Shown: in pieces, positions 9,101 through 17,936 of the stretch
Layout of the letters: each line of letters begins with the position of its first letter
How positions within the stretch are numbered: the stretch's first letter is position 1
Source: Bdellovibrionales bacterium
Lineage (GTDB): Bacteria; Bdellovibrionota; Bdellovibrionia; Bdellovibrionales; JAMPXM01
Length of the DNA stretch: 33,304 bases
Assembly (NCBI GenBank): GCA_043739185.1
Contig: JAYUEN010000417.1
Coordinates: 1-33,304 of the forward strand
Direction: 5' to 3'
Position numbers and translations under genes: made by a program
Notes under the pieces: generated by a model
The model's database searches: none
What the model was told of the DNA's origin: nothing
What the model saw: the letters and a program-made list of their open reading frames with translations, nothing else

Positions 9101-10164
9101 TTAAATCCTATCACCATTTACCGTTTCAAATAAATGCGACGTTAGACAAAGTTTCTCTAAAGGTCCCCGATGGATTTTTGACCAAGGGTGATGGCAAACT
9201 GACTTTGAGCGGAACTTGGTTTCCCTTTTTACTTAAGGGAAGCTATGAGGTTAGTGATGGCTTGGTTTCAAAAGAATTTGGTGACAATGAAGATTCGACC
9301 AACGCAAAATTCAACCAATACCTGCCGAAAAATATCTCAGAAGAAAATCAAAGCCCTCTGATATTAGATCTCGACGTCAATTTTAATAAAGGCCTTCCAA
9401 TTCGAAATTCTCTTATGGAGGGAACTCTAAAGGGAAAAATGAATATAAAAGGCTCGCCACAAAAAGCTTCGCTGATAGGAATTGTCAGTGCTGCGCCCGA
9501 AAGCAAAGTGAAGTTCAATGAACGCCCCTTTGATGTGATCACAGCCAATTTTACCTTTGATGATACCAAAGAGATCAATCCCAAACTTTACCTAAGTGCG
9601 AGGACCCATATTGATCCTTCGACTCCCAATTCAAAAGACATTGAATATGACATCAATTTGCTTGTACAAGGTACAGCCTCAAAACCAGTAGTGGTATTGA
9701 CCAGTTTGCCTGCACTTGTCCAGTCCGACATCATATCTCTGTTAGCGCTCGGTACACTTTCGACAAATGCCAGCCTCAATTCAAATACCTCGCAACAAAA
9801 TGGCAACCCCGGATTTATGCTTCCGTCATCCATTCTCAAACAAAGCCCCATTGGCAAGGGACTGAAAGATCGCTTCGACGTCGATCTGCAATTCACCAGT
9901 GGCTTTGATGAAACTGAAAACGTTGCAGTACAAAAGATTTCACTCAGCGGAAAACTCGCCGACAAACTTGGCTGGGTCTACAATCGTTCAATTGGTTCGA
10001 GATCTGACAACGAGATTTCTCTCAAATATAATTTGTCAAAACGCTTTCAAGTGGTTGGTAGCTTTGTCAATCGACAGGCGGATGAAACCGAAATTCAACA
10101 GCAAAAAATCGACAATCCAAATGTCCTAGGACTGGATCTCGAATATAGGTTTCAATTTAAATGA
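6175..10164 (+). CDS. tamB: Translocation/assembly module TamB (AsmA-like, DUF490 C-terminus)
   Basis: 1329 aa, N-terminal signal anchor, beta-rich body, C-terminal NPKLYLSA...GTASKP..LTSLPALVQSDIISLLALG...LDLEYRFQF; adjacent to an Omp85 gene. Confidence 0.9.
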   Translation: MKSLPRKFWIAIALLAGTGFLFGALVGFGVPKLKTYILLKTESFSQARLPLRILPKSIQFHLFPVAVSFGTLRVAPKEELQSLIDPFEIGEAEVQISLLKLLTGKLKINRLAIRKTKLKLRLPESKKTKSNKPLAGLFAALQSIPLQNLDIEDSDIKIYLPNPKTEISISGLLLNAEKYNDEVGLQVSADSIYLKDLVSKADLRIGTDCKIFLSPDKIIISHFNLVRGDSQFVINGTAQGDIEALQVREYDMKVHGNFNLESMSTWAAKALGKSNQFPKMSGAAELSADFKLRPGQTEEYKFNLKTENLKLRGYYFGSVQAKGSLLNKEVSIPSLLVKNDSYKVELQNLKVSLNDQIRMTATAKVSELSIFELFKNLGLKEIPLWLTASGELPCEAEIKPSFALKCAGSIQGNNLLLRPNLKTDRTIVKLASFSATGSLQVNTEAVSFDAHLSMPNSNGATQGRVSYDDGFHIKYQADKLDFKDVSNLSDLKIEGSSQINGETSGDSSAATMSLQMSGTDFWLSDFWLGSAKTNLSYAKGKLNFSNMSGHYNKSNYQADVVLNLIENQISVMGRSQKLDGADLLQIFGRKVKLPFAVTGTGSLQAKVWGPLQFNALSYDIKSQISRGSIWREPFEQFLFDLHSRDGEVETDRVQLVRGGQIINLSGVGHPDGNINVSAHAQNIKLEESPNFEDFGLSITSLAEFDLKLEGYVLKPDADLFGKLSKTSVADQPAGDSDFHIKFRENTIETQGHFLSDTVLTDLIIPLNANAPFALKLKTKEWNFAPLFASLKAVSAKRDFDSRLTSEVNLTAPNGGIWNSSGKIGVQKFELKRGALSMFAPKDVKIKVNEGQFRIENFNLAGQNTSLKISDATPPTDKIDWQINGKLDMSLISLLLPFFEELRGELSFACNIKANPSRVDLLGSAYIDHGFLKLFDFVHPFDEIKADILFNKKKVLINSIKGDFAGGQITGDGNLEFKSYHHLPFQINATLDKVSLKVPDGFLTKGDGKLTLSGTWFPFLLKGSYEVSDGLVSKEFGDNEDSTNAKFNQYLPKNISEENQSPLILDLDVNFNKGLPIRNSLMEGTLKGKMNIKGSPQKASLIGIVSAAPESKVKFNERPFDVITANFTFDDTKEINPKLYLSARTHIDPSTPNSKDIEYDINLLVQGTASKPVVVLTSLPALVQSDIISLLALGTLSTNASLNSNTSQQNGNPGFMLPSSILKQSPIGKGLKDRFDVDLQFTSGFDETENVAVQKISLSGKLADKLGWVYNRSIGSRSDNEISLKYNLSKRFQVVGSFVNRQADETEIQQQKIDNPNVLGLDLEYRFQFK

Positions 10165-13070
10165 TGAAACCTGCGGCTCTTATTTTTTTAATTTTCATCC
10201 TATCCTGCAGTGCTTGGGCCGAACATCATATCTTGAAGTTCGAGGGTGTTCCGACCCAACTTTCGTCAAAAATCAAACAAAATTTCTCATATGTTTTTGA
10301 GCGCGAAGTCAGCGCCTCCGAAGCAGATCAGATCATGCGCTATTTGATGAGTACCGGTCAATTTTCAAATATTGAAGTTCATGAGCGCTTTCCTGATACC
10401 AGGCCTGCAGAGTATGTAATTGTCGCAAGCCTTTTACGAACCATCAAAGAAATTACGGTTGTCGGAAACAATCAATTCAGCAAATCTCATATCATCGAAA
10501 AACTAGGAATTGCCAACAATCAGATTTTCTCGCGAAAAGAAATTCTTGCCAATGCAGACGAATTGCAAACTGAATATGCCGAACAAGGATATCTGAATCC
10601 ACAAATTGATATTGATTTCGAAACTCCCAAAGAATCTGAAATTATAATTCATATTAAGATTCACGAAAGTGAACCAAGCACGATCACTCACATCAATTTC
10701 GACTGTGTCAATCCCGAGATTCTTCTTCGAGCAAAGAAGTATTCTAAGTACTTAATAGGGAGCAGACTATCAAATTCAAATCTAAAAGAATTTGAAACCT
10801 CTATGAAAGAGTTCTTTTCAAAAGAGCGCTTTTTGAGAGCAAAAATATCTTCGCCCAATTTGGCCTTTAATAAAGAGCGAAATAAAGTAAAAATTAATTA
10901 TGTAATCGAAAACCCTATTCAGTATGAATTTATTTTTGAGGGAAACCAATACTTTACCGATGGCCATTTGTTAGATGCCATTGAGCTTGAAAAAGTCATT
11001 GGAGCCACAACGAGCTTTGCACCAGATCTGGCAGATCGCATTCGCAAGGCCTATTTGAACGTAGGCTTTGCAAATGTTAAAGTTGATTTCAAAGAGAAAT
11101 CATTTTCAAAACTCTACAAAGATCAAGTGCGTTTTAAAATTGAAGAAGGCTTGCGGGTGCGCATTCGAGAGCTTTCAATTGACGGTCAAATATCTCGACC
11201 TGCAAATTATTATTCAAAATTGATTCGAAGCAATAGTTCAGACACGGTTTCTCTTGGCTATTACAACCGCAAAGATCTTGAAAATGGTCAGAAGAATCTA
11301 ACCAACGAACTCCGAAACCAGGGTTTTCTACAAAATAAAGTTTTGGCTTTGAGAACCACATTTTCTAAGTCGAAAGAGTTTAGTGATACCAATTTGACAA
11401 TTGATGAAGGCATTCAAACTCTCATCAAGGATATTCAATTTAAAGGCAATATTGATATATCAGGGGCCGAATTATTAAGACATATGAGCGTCGCGGTAGG
11501 CGGCCCACTATTGCAAACCGAACTCGAACTCAGTATTCAAGCGATCAAAGAGTATTATCGCTCCATTGGCTATCTTGAAATGCAGATTTTAAATGAAGAT
11601 TCAAAACTCGTTAGTTTCAATGAAGCAAATACTGAGGCCAAATTGAATTTTGCAATTCAAGAGGGCCCCAAGGTCATCGTTTCGGATATCGAAATTCAAG
11701 GACTTAGTTTAACGAAGCGTTATGTCGTTGAAAGAGAGTTGAGCTTTAAGGTAAATGATGTGCTCACGCAAGAAAAGCTGAAAGAGACCACCTACCATTT
11801 GCAAAAGCTCCAGTTGTTTTCATCTGTCGATATTCGAACAGATGCCGATGGCACCAATATCCCTCGACGAACAGTCATCATAACTGTAACTGAAGACGAC
11901 GCTGGACTTCTCAATCCAGGCCTTGGTTTGAACAACGAACACCAACTCACCTATCGCGGCTTTCTTGGCTTTGGCTATAAAAATTTAGGCGGCACTGGCC
12001 GCGGAATAAGTGCGCGTGGTGACCTCTGGTACTCAATGGACCCCACCATTCAATACCTCGAGAATCGAGAAACACTTGGCTACTTTGAGCCACGCATCTT
12101 TAAAACTCTCAATAATGGTCGAGTCAATCTGACTCGAGAGGACCGCTTTGCCTCTGCTGTAAAGGGTTCTGGCTTGGCCATTATTCAAAATAAGACGCAA
12201 GCTGATTTTACAATTGAGCGAGAAATCTCCCGACACTTTAAAATTACCTTTTATGCGTGGGAGTTTTCTAAGATCAAAGACTTCTACCGCTTTGATGCTC
12301 CAACAGGAATTGACCCGGTAACACTTTATGTGGACGTCGCTAAAATCGGACCAACATTTGAATTTGATTACCGCGATGATATTTTCAACCCAACCAAAGG
12401 AACCTATACCAAAACACAGTTCTTTTATTCCGATCCTTTTATTGGGTCTTCAGGTGACGCTCACCAATTTGTGCATTTCTTTAAATCCGACAATTCAATT
12501 ACCAATTATCAGCGGCTCAACAAAGAGGCGAGTTTAATCTGGGTCAATCAATTGCGCGGTGGCTATGTCGGCAATTTGAGTCAAAATTCAGATACCTATA
12601 CCCTTGCAGGCGCACAAGTGCCGGTCTCAGGCTTTCCTTCAACTGAAGCCTTCGCCTTGGGAGGGCCGACCACTGTGCGCGGCTTCGGACCAAATGAGCA
12701 ATTTCCAAACGTTTATGATTTAGACCCAAAAGGATCTGGCGATATAACTTCTTTTAAATACACCAACGAAACTTATTACTATTTGCTTAAGAGCGAAATG
12801 CGATTTCCACTTTTGAAAGTTAAAGGATTTTCACTTGGTGGAGCTATCTTTTATGATGCCGGTGGGGTTATGGTTACTCAAGCGACGTCTAACTCCCCTG
12901 ATCAATATCGTGATTCAGCGGGCTTTGGCATTCGCGTGAATACTCCCGTAGGCCCTGTCAATTTAGATATGGGATTCAAACTCAATCCAAGAACTAGGTT
13001 TAGCGGGACTGGCAATAAACCAACGCCGGAGTCACCTTTTGCGGTTCACTTTACGGTCGGAAATTTTTAG
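10161..13070 (+). CDS. Omp85 family (BamA/TamA-like) outer membrane protein with about 7 POTRA domains
   Basis: Signal peptide, seven repeats of the IxxIxxxGN...Y..xGY...I.EG pattern, barrel with GGPTTVRGF, AGFGIRVNTPVGPVNLD and C-terminal F. Confidence 0.92.
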   Translation: MMKPAALIFLIFILSCSAWAEHHILKFEGVPTQLSSKIKQNFSYVFEREVSASEADQIMRYLMSTGQFSNIEVHERFPDTRPAEYVIVASLLRTIKEITVVGNNQFSKSHIIEKLGIANNQIFSRKEILANADELQTEYAEQGYLNPQIDIDFETPKESEIIIHIKIHESEPSTITHINFDCVNPEILLRAKKYSKYLIGSRLSNSNLKEFETSMKEFFSKERFLRAKISSPNLAFNKERNKVKINYVIENPIQYEFIFEGNQYFTDGHLLDAIELEKVIGATTSFAPDLADRIRKAYLNVGFANVKVDFKEKSFSKLYKDQVRFKIEEGLRVRIRELSIDGQISRPANYYSKLIRSNSSDTVSLGYYNRKDLENGQKNLTNELRNQGFLQNKVLALRTTFSKSKEFSDTNLTIDEGIQTLIKDIQFKGNIDISGAELLRHMSVAVGGPLLQTELELSIQAIKEYYRSIGYLEMQILNEDSKLVSFNEANTEAKLNFAIQEGPKVIVSDIEIQGLSLTKRYVVERELSFKVNDVLTQEKLKETTYHLQKLQLFSSVDIRTDADGTNIPRRTVIITVTEDDAGLLNPGLGLNNEHQLTYRGFLGFGYKNLGGTGRGISARGDLWYSMDPTIQYLENRETLGYFEPRIFKTLNNGRVNLTREDRFASAVKGSGLAIIQNKTQADFTIEREISRHFKITFYAWEFSKIKDFYRFDAPTGIDPVTLYVDVAKIGPTFEFDYRDDIFNPTKGTYTKTQFFYSDPFIGSSGDAHQFVHFFKSDNSITNYQRLNKEASLIWVNQLRGGYVGNLSQNSDTYTLAGAQVPVSGFPSTEAFALGGPTTVRGFGPNEQFPNVYDLDPKGSGDITSFKYTNETYYYLLKSEMRFPLLKVKGFSLGGAIFYDAGGVMVTQATSNSPDQYRDSAGFGIRVNTPVGPVNLDMGFKLNPRTRFSGTGNKPTPESPFAVHFTVGNF

Positions 13071-13345
13071 AGTTTATCAAACCTGAGTTCAACTTCAAAC
13101 TTGTGGCCCTTTGTCGAATTGCAAGCTTTGCAACTCGGAACAACGTTCTTTTTGTTTGATTTTCCGCCACGAGAAAGCGGAATCAAATGCTCCATCGTCA
13201 ATTCACTTTTTAGAAACTTCTGACCGCAGTGATGGCAAAGGCCTGGGCCAATTTGCTGCTTCCACCACTGACTGGCCCTTAGCTCCTGAGCCTTCTGGCG
13301 CTCTTTTTTTATCTGTTCAGGGTTCACGAAGCCTTCTAAAATCAT
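13067..13345 (-). CDS. Small HNH endonuclease-family protein
   Basis: CHHC...TMEHLIPLSRGG.S...NVVPSCKACNSTKG. Confidence 0.9.
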   Translation of the reverse strand: MILEGFVNPEQIKKERQKAQELRASQWWKQQIGPGLCHHCGQKFLKSELTMEHLIPLSRGGKSNKKNVVPSCKACNSTKGHKFEVELRFDKL

Positions 13346-13428
13346 GCTGCCAATTTAGCACAAATTTATGACGCCAGCAACTCGTCCCCCTTGCTAAGCT
13401 GGCCGGCCCTATGATATTTACATGATCT

Positions 13429-13656
13429 ATGACTCCTTTAGAAATTCAAAAGCGCCTTGAAAGCGCTTATCCAAGTGCTAAAATAAATGTAGTCGATTTG
13501 ACCGGCACTTCTGATCACTACTACGTTGAAATTGAAAGCTCGGCTTTTAAGGGTATGAGCCGAATTCAAACCCATCAGCATGTTATGGGAGTTTTTGATA
13601 AGGAATTAAAGACAGGTGAAGTTCATGCTCTCACCATCAAAGCGAGTGTAATTTAA
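13429..13656 (+). CDS. bolA: BolA/IbaG family iron-sulfur metabolism protein
   Basis: GTSDHY.VEIESSAFKGMSRIQTHQHV...EVHALTIK; next to a monothiol glutaredoxin. Confidence 0.92.
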   Translation: MTPLEIQKRLESAYPSAKINVVDLTGTSDHYYVEIESSAFKGMSRIQTHQHVMGVFDKELKTGEVHALTIKASVI

Positions 13657-13684
13657 ATCTTAGCTAAAATTTGAGGAGATTAAA

Positions 13685-13987
13685 ATGGCAGTAAAAGAAC
13701 GAATTGAAGAGATTTTAACAGCAAATAAAATTGTATTGTTTATGAAGGGCAATGCACAAATGCCACAATGTGGATTCTCCGCCAGAGCAATTGCGATTTT
13801 AAATGAACTCGGCGCAAAATACCAAACGGTGGATGTGCTGAGCGATCAAGATATTCGCCAAGGAATCAAAGAATATGGCAATTGGCCGACGATTCCACAA
13901 CTTTATGTAAACAAACAACTCATTGGTGGCAGTGATATTATGATGGAGATGTTTGAAACCGGTGAGCTTAAAGAAGCGATTAAATAA
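13685..13987 (+). CDS. grxD: Monothiol glutaredoxin (Grx4 family)
   Basis: LFMKG..QMPQCGFSA, WPTIPQLYV..IGGSDI; GAGGAG SD. Confidence 0.95.
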   Translation: MAVKERIEEILTANKIVLFMKGNAQMPQCGFSARAIAILNELGAKYQTVDVLSDQDIRQGIKEYGNWPTIPQLYVNKQLIGGSDIMMEMFETGELKEAIK

Positions 13988-13989
13988 GT

Positions 13990-14170
13990 CGTCTCGGGCA
14001 GCAGGCAGCGGCAAACGGCCGCTTCAGTCGGCCAGGTCCATATACTTCGTTTTCCCTCAACTCAACGCTGGCATTAGGCAGCAGAGATCCTGGCGACTCG
14101 GTTTCTGGACTGTCTCAGATGCCGGTTTCGGCTTCAGGTAACAGTTTTCAGATTGCCGGCCCCTGTACTC
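13990..14170 (+). repeat. Degenerate GC-rich CNG-periodic array (copy B)
   Basis: tttctg-gactg-tctcag-atgccgg-tttcgg-cttcag-gtaacag-ttttcag-attgccg-gcccctg; 14121-14165 aligns with the reverse complement of 23940-23984 at 35 of 46 columns by hand. Confidence 0.55.
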
Positions 14171-14176
14171 TGAGCC

Positions 14177-14683
14177 TTAATTATCCTTTTTGCTTTTGAT
14201 CATATCCCACTTCTTGAGTTGCCATTTTGTTTTAGCAACAGCTACCATCTCCCCTTTTTCATTTTTAATTTCAGTTTGCATATCAAGCCACAATTCACCA
14301 TTTTTTTCTTCAGGCCAAAATTGTGGAGCATTTGCTTCGGCGATTAAAGTCCCGCGCCCTTGCTTATGATAGTCAACTTCGAGTTTGGTTATGATCATGC
14401 GAAAATCCTGCATTGAATAAGTTTGGCTGATAAGAACGCCTGCCGGATATTCTCCTAAAAGCGCAAGTGCACATGCATGTGCGCCGCCCACGTGATTTTT
14501 CCTTAGGGTTCTTGGCGGCGAACTCACTCGAACCTGAACGGCACTCATCGCGATGATCTTCATTCCGAGCCAACGATTAAAAGGAATTGCTAAATTGATA
14601 GCGACGTCCATTACGCGATTTTTTATTTGCGGAATGGTAATGAGGTCTACGTATTTGGTGAGTCCAATTAATTTGAAATCCAT
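14177..14683 (-). CDS. Hot-dog fold thioesterase-like protein (DUF4442/PaaI-like)
   Basis: IPFNRWLGMKI, RKNHVGGAHACALALLGE, LEVDYHKQGRG, EIKNEKGEMVA. Confidence 0.8.
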   Translation of the reverse strand: MDFKLIGLTKYVDLITIPQIKNRVMDVAINLAIPFNRWLGMKIIAMSAVQVRVSSPPRTLRKNHVGGAHACALALLGEYPAGVLISQTYSMQDFRMIITKLEVDYHKQGRGTLIAEANAPQFWPEEKNGELWLDMQTEIKNEKGEMVAVAKTKWQLKKWDMIKSKKDN

Positions 14684-14737
14684 ATCTCGCCTCTTTTTGT
14701 TTGATGTCTCTAAAAAGCTTCTGCTATCATCTCAAGG

Positions 14738-14926
14738 ATGTCAGCAAATCTTAACTTTTTTGATCGATGGGCACGACTTTTTGTCGGTTGCTTTTTATTT
14801 TCATGGGGAATTGCTGGAGGCCCATGGTGGACCTTCGGTGGATTTTATTTAATTGCCAGCGGGGCGGCTCGAGTCTGCATTTTTTATGCGCTTTTTGAGA
14901 ATGGGAGGCGACCTTCGTCTAGATAA
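14738..14926 (+). CDS. DUF2892/YgaP-like small membrane protein
   Basis: N...DRWARLFVG...G.YLIASG..RVCIFY pattern with two short TM segments. Confidence 0.7.
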   Translation: MSANLNFFDRWARLFVGCFLFSWGIAGGPWWTFGGFYLIASGAARVCIFYALFENGRRPSSR

Positions 14927-15127
14927 TTTTCAAGCTTGATAATTAGTTCGACAATTTCACCTCAAATTTTCTTCAAAACCAACTCAAATCCTAACGCATT
15001 AATTTGGAACATAAATAAATTTTAAAAGTGAACCAACTTGGTCATATCTGAGCTTTCAAGCCTAGTTTTTTTTGTTGAAAATTCCGATAAGAAATATGGA
15101 CTTAGAGCTATTGCTCATAGGAAAAAA

Positions 15128-15832
15128 ATGGCCAATATCTTACTCGTAGACGATGATGAAGACCTACTTCATCTCGCACGAAATTTACTCGCAAGCCAGA
15201 AACATACGGTTATGGTTGCGCACGATGCTCTCGAGGGAATTGATCTCTTGGGACGCTATCCTTTTCACATGGTCATCACTGACGCCAATATGCCTCAGTA
15301 TTCGGGATTTGATTTTGTTAAAACCATTCGCAATCAAGAGGCGCTAAAAAGTGTGAAGATCGCAATGCTCACCGGACGCCGAGAGAAGCGAGATATTGAT
15401 CGCGCACTTCAAATTGGAGTCGACGACTATCTCGTAAAGCCAATTGATCCGATTTTGTTTTTGAAGAAAATTGAGCGCCTGCTTGAAACTTTATCGGACC
15501 AGCAAGGTAATGAAGTTGATTTTGCAAGCACTCCCGCCCTTGCGGCCGGCAAAATTGAATATAATATTCGGCTTAAGTCAGTAAGTGAAATGGGGCTCGT
15601 TATTCAAAGTAACCACCCAATGGCTGAGGGAAAATTAACAAATATCGTGAGCCCGATATTTGAGGAAATGGGAATTGCAACTCCCCATCTAAAAATTCTT
15701 TCGTGCCTTCCATTTAAAGGTCATCAAGAAGTCTATGAAATTCGTATGGCGTTTATCGGGACCGATGATACCACTTTGCAAAAGATTCGTTCATGGATTT
15801 TTCGAACTCAAGTTCAACGAAAGGCATCATGA
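15128..15832 (+). CDS. Response regulator: REC plus degenerate PilZ-like C-terminal domain
   Basis: ILLVDDD, phosphoacceptor TDANMP, MLTG, DYLVKP; C-terminus SVSEMG...AFIG.DD..LQKIRSWI resembles a PilZ barrel. ATG 15128 chosen. Confidence 0.85.
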   Translation: MANILLVDDDEDLLHLARNLLASQKHTVMVAHDALEGIDLLGRYPFHMVITDANMPQYSGFDFVKTIRNQEALKSVKIAMLTGRREKRDIDRALQIGVDDYLVKPIDPILFLKKIERLLETLSDQQGNEVDFASTPALAAGKIEYNIRLKSVSEMGLVIQSNHPMAEGKLTNIVSPIFEEMGIATPHLKILSCLPFKGHQEVYEIRMAFIGTDDTTLQKIRSWIFRTQVQRKAS

Positions 15833-16206
15833 ATATTTTATTAGCTGAGGACGACCCAAGCATCGTTTATATTACTCAAACTTGTCTTGAAAAAATTGGT
15901 GGCCATTGTGTGAGCGTTGCTGTCGACGGCGAACTTGCACTCACGCAAGCACTTAAGGTTCAGTATGACCTTCTCATTCTAGACGGCATGATGCCCAAAA
16001 AAACCGGCCTACAAGTTGCCACTGAGTATCGCAAAGCTTGTAAAATTAAAACGCCGATTATTTTTCTCAGTGCACGAAATGAAGAAAAAGAAATTGAGAA
16101 ATACCTCGATCTTGGTGGGGGTTTTATTGCCAAACCTTTCGATCCTTTAAAGATTTGCAGCGAAATAAATGATATCTACTCTAAACTTCTAAAGGTTGCG
16201 GGATGA
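15829..16206 (+). CDS. Single-domain response regulator (CheY-like)
   Basis: MNILLAEDD, LDGMMP, FLSA, FIAKPFD; ATGA overlap with the upstream stop. Confidence 0.92.
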   Translation: MNILLAEDDPSIVYITQTCLEKIGGHCVSVAVDGELALTQALKVQYDLLILDGMMPKKTGLQVATEYRKACKIKTPIIFLSARNEEKEIEKYLDLGGGFIAKPFDPLKICSEINDIYSKLLKVAG

Positions 16207-17570
16207 ATTTAATCAAGTTCCGCGTATTATTTCTTTATTGGAGCGCCCTTTTTTGCGTGGTTTTTTTTGGAGTGAGAGGCTATAAATCTTATCTGACTCT
16301 CAATCACGAATACGAACAGCTAAGTCAAAGTGCAAGTATTCGAAATGTGGTTTTCGATCTCGATCCTCAAAGTTTCAATCGTGACATTAAACGCCAGCTT
16401 CAAGACCTCAAAAAGAATCTACCCGCTACACAGCGATCAGAAAGTCTGAGCGATCTCATTCAGGCCTACTCCAATCATGACACTCACTTGACAGAGTTAA
16501 GAAAAGTGGGCGTCTTAAATGGCGAAAAGCTTTTCTTTCAAAGAGCAACTCAAGATATTAGCTTCTGGCAAAAACGTTTTATCTTTAATCTTCTTTGTGC
16601 AAGTCTTGGCCCTCTACTCGGATTTACGCTATTGGTTTTGCTTCTCAAAAATTCTCTTTTCAAACCGCTTCGTCAGCTCACAAATCGCATGATGGATTTC
16701 TTGGTCGATCGCTATTCCTTTCAATTTTCGCAACCTGCAAATAACGAAATTGGCGCTCTACAAAGAACCTTTAGTTCTCTGGCCCAAAGAGTGATCAATA
16801 ATATGGACGAGCTCAAATCACTGGATCAAGCCAAATCTGAATTCTTAAGTATTGCGAGCCATGAACTGCGAACTCCCATGACTTCGATCAAAGGAAGTCT
16901 CAGTTTACTTGCTGCCGGAGTTGCTGGCCCAATCGATCCCTCGGCAAAGAAATTAATTGAAATTGCTGAAACTGAAACCGATCGCCTCATTCGTCTTATC
17001 AATGATTTGCTTGATCTTGCTAAAATTGAAGCCAGGAGACTCCCCCTCAACCTTCGGTGGGAATCATGGCGCGAGATCGCCTCAAAGACTGCAGAAGGAC
17101 TATCTGCATTTGCCTACAATGCAAAGGTTCAACTTATTTTCGAAGCCTCTACCGATTATGAACTTTATATCGATCCGGATCGCATCCAACAGGTATTGAC
17201 GAATCTCATTTCAAATGCAGTCAAATTCTCTCCCGAAGGGGGCAAGATCTTCATTCGTCCGATTGAATCCTCAAATAGTGCCTTAGAAATCCAAATTCAA
17301 GATCAAGGACCCGGCATCGCTGCTGAGGATCAAGAACTTATCTTTCAAAAATTTCGCCAAGCTTCTAATGCGGAAAATCCAATTGTCAAAGGCACCGGAC
17401 TAGGATTAGCTATTGCTAAGGCCCTAGTCGAAGAACACCAGGGAGTCATCGGAGTATATTCTCAAAGAGGAAATGGCGCGATGTTTTATTTCACCCTTCC
17501 TGAATGGAAAAAGAACTCGGTTACTCCGCTTCGACCAATAACTGAGGTCCCGAAGGCAAGAGCAGCTTGA
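16203..17570 (+). CDS. Membrane-bound sensor histidine kinase (2 TM, HAMP, HisKA, HATPase)
   Basis: H-box SHELRTPMTSI, N-box QVLTNLISNAVKF, DQGPGI, GTGLGLAI; HAMP-like KPLRQL...NEIGAL. Confidence 0.95.
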   Translation: MNLIKFRVLFLYWSALFCVVFFGVRGYKSYLTLNHEYEQLSQSASIRNVVFDLDPQSFNRDIKRQLQDLKKNLPATQRSESLSDLIQAYSNHDTHLTELRKVGVLNGEKLFFQRATQDISFWQKRFIFNLLCASLGPLLGFTLLVLLLKNSLFKPLRQLTNRMMDFLVDRYSFQFSQPANNEIGALQRTFSSLAQRVINNMDELKSLDQAKSEFLSIASHELRTPMTSIKGSLSLLAAGVAGPIDPSAKKLIEIAETETDRLIRLINDLLDLAKIEARRLPLNLRWESWREIASKTAEGLSAFAYNAKVQLIFEASTDYELYIDPDRIQQVLTNLISNAVKFSPEGGKIFIRPIESSNSALEIQIQDQGPGIAAEDQELIFQKFRQASNAENPIVKGTGLGLAIAKALVEEHQGVIGVYSQRGNGAMFYFTLPEWKKNSVTPLRPITEVPKARAA

Positions 17571-17935
17571 TCATTGACGATCTGATGAAACAACTGAAGA
17601 AAGAATACATCGACACTCTTCCTGAGAAGCGTGAACGCATCTCCCTACTTTTTGAAAAGAAGAAATTCGAAGAACTTGAGACTGAGTTTCACAAAATGAA
17701 AGGGACGGGTAAAACCTACGGCCTCAGTGAGGTAAGTTTGCTGGGGGAGGTTCTTGAAAAACTTTGTATAAAATTTCCTTCGAGCCTTGCGAGTGCCATT
17801 CCGGTGGCCTTACTCCTCATAGAAGAAATTTTTAAAGCTCGAATACTCGATCATGAATTCTTAATTGAAGACAGTGATGCCTTTCAGAAATTAAAACTTA
17901 AAACTCGCAAAACTCCTGAGACTGAAGGTAAATAA
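17567..17935 (+). CDS. Stand-alone Hpt (histidine phosphotransfer) protein
   Basis: FHKMKGTGKTYG..VS.LG..LE matches the HxxKG Hpt motif; TTGA overlap with the kinase stop. Confidence 0.85.
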   Translation: MIIDDLMKQLKKEYIDTLPEKRERISLLFEKKKFEELETEFHKMKGTGKTYGLSEVSLLGEVLEKLCIKFPSSLASAIPVALLLIEEIFKARILDHEFLIEDSDAFQKLKLKTRKTPETEGK

Positions 17936-17936
17936 A

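Noticed and set aside
13067..13345. HNH gene as a defence system or homing element
   Set aside because: No partner methylase, ATPase, intron or integrase; housekeeping context.
15038..15054. GG-N10-GC (TTGGTCATATCTGAGC) upstream of the phosphorelay
   Set aside because: Both boxes deviate from TGGCAC/TTGC; likely chance.
15594..15603. GGGCTCGTT inside the REC-PilZ gene as a third MITE end
   Set aside because: Only a 9-bp match, with no TWA flank and no partner inverted repeat.
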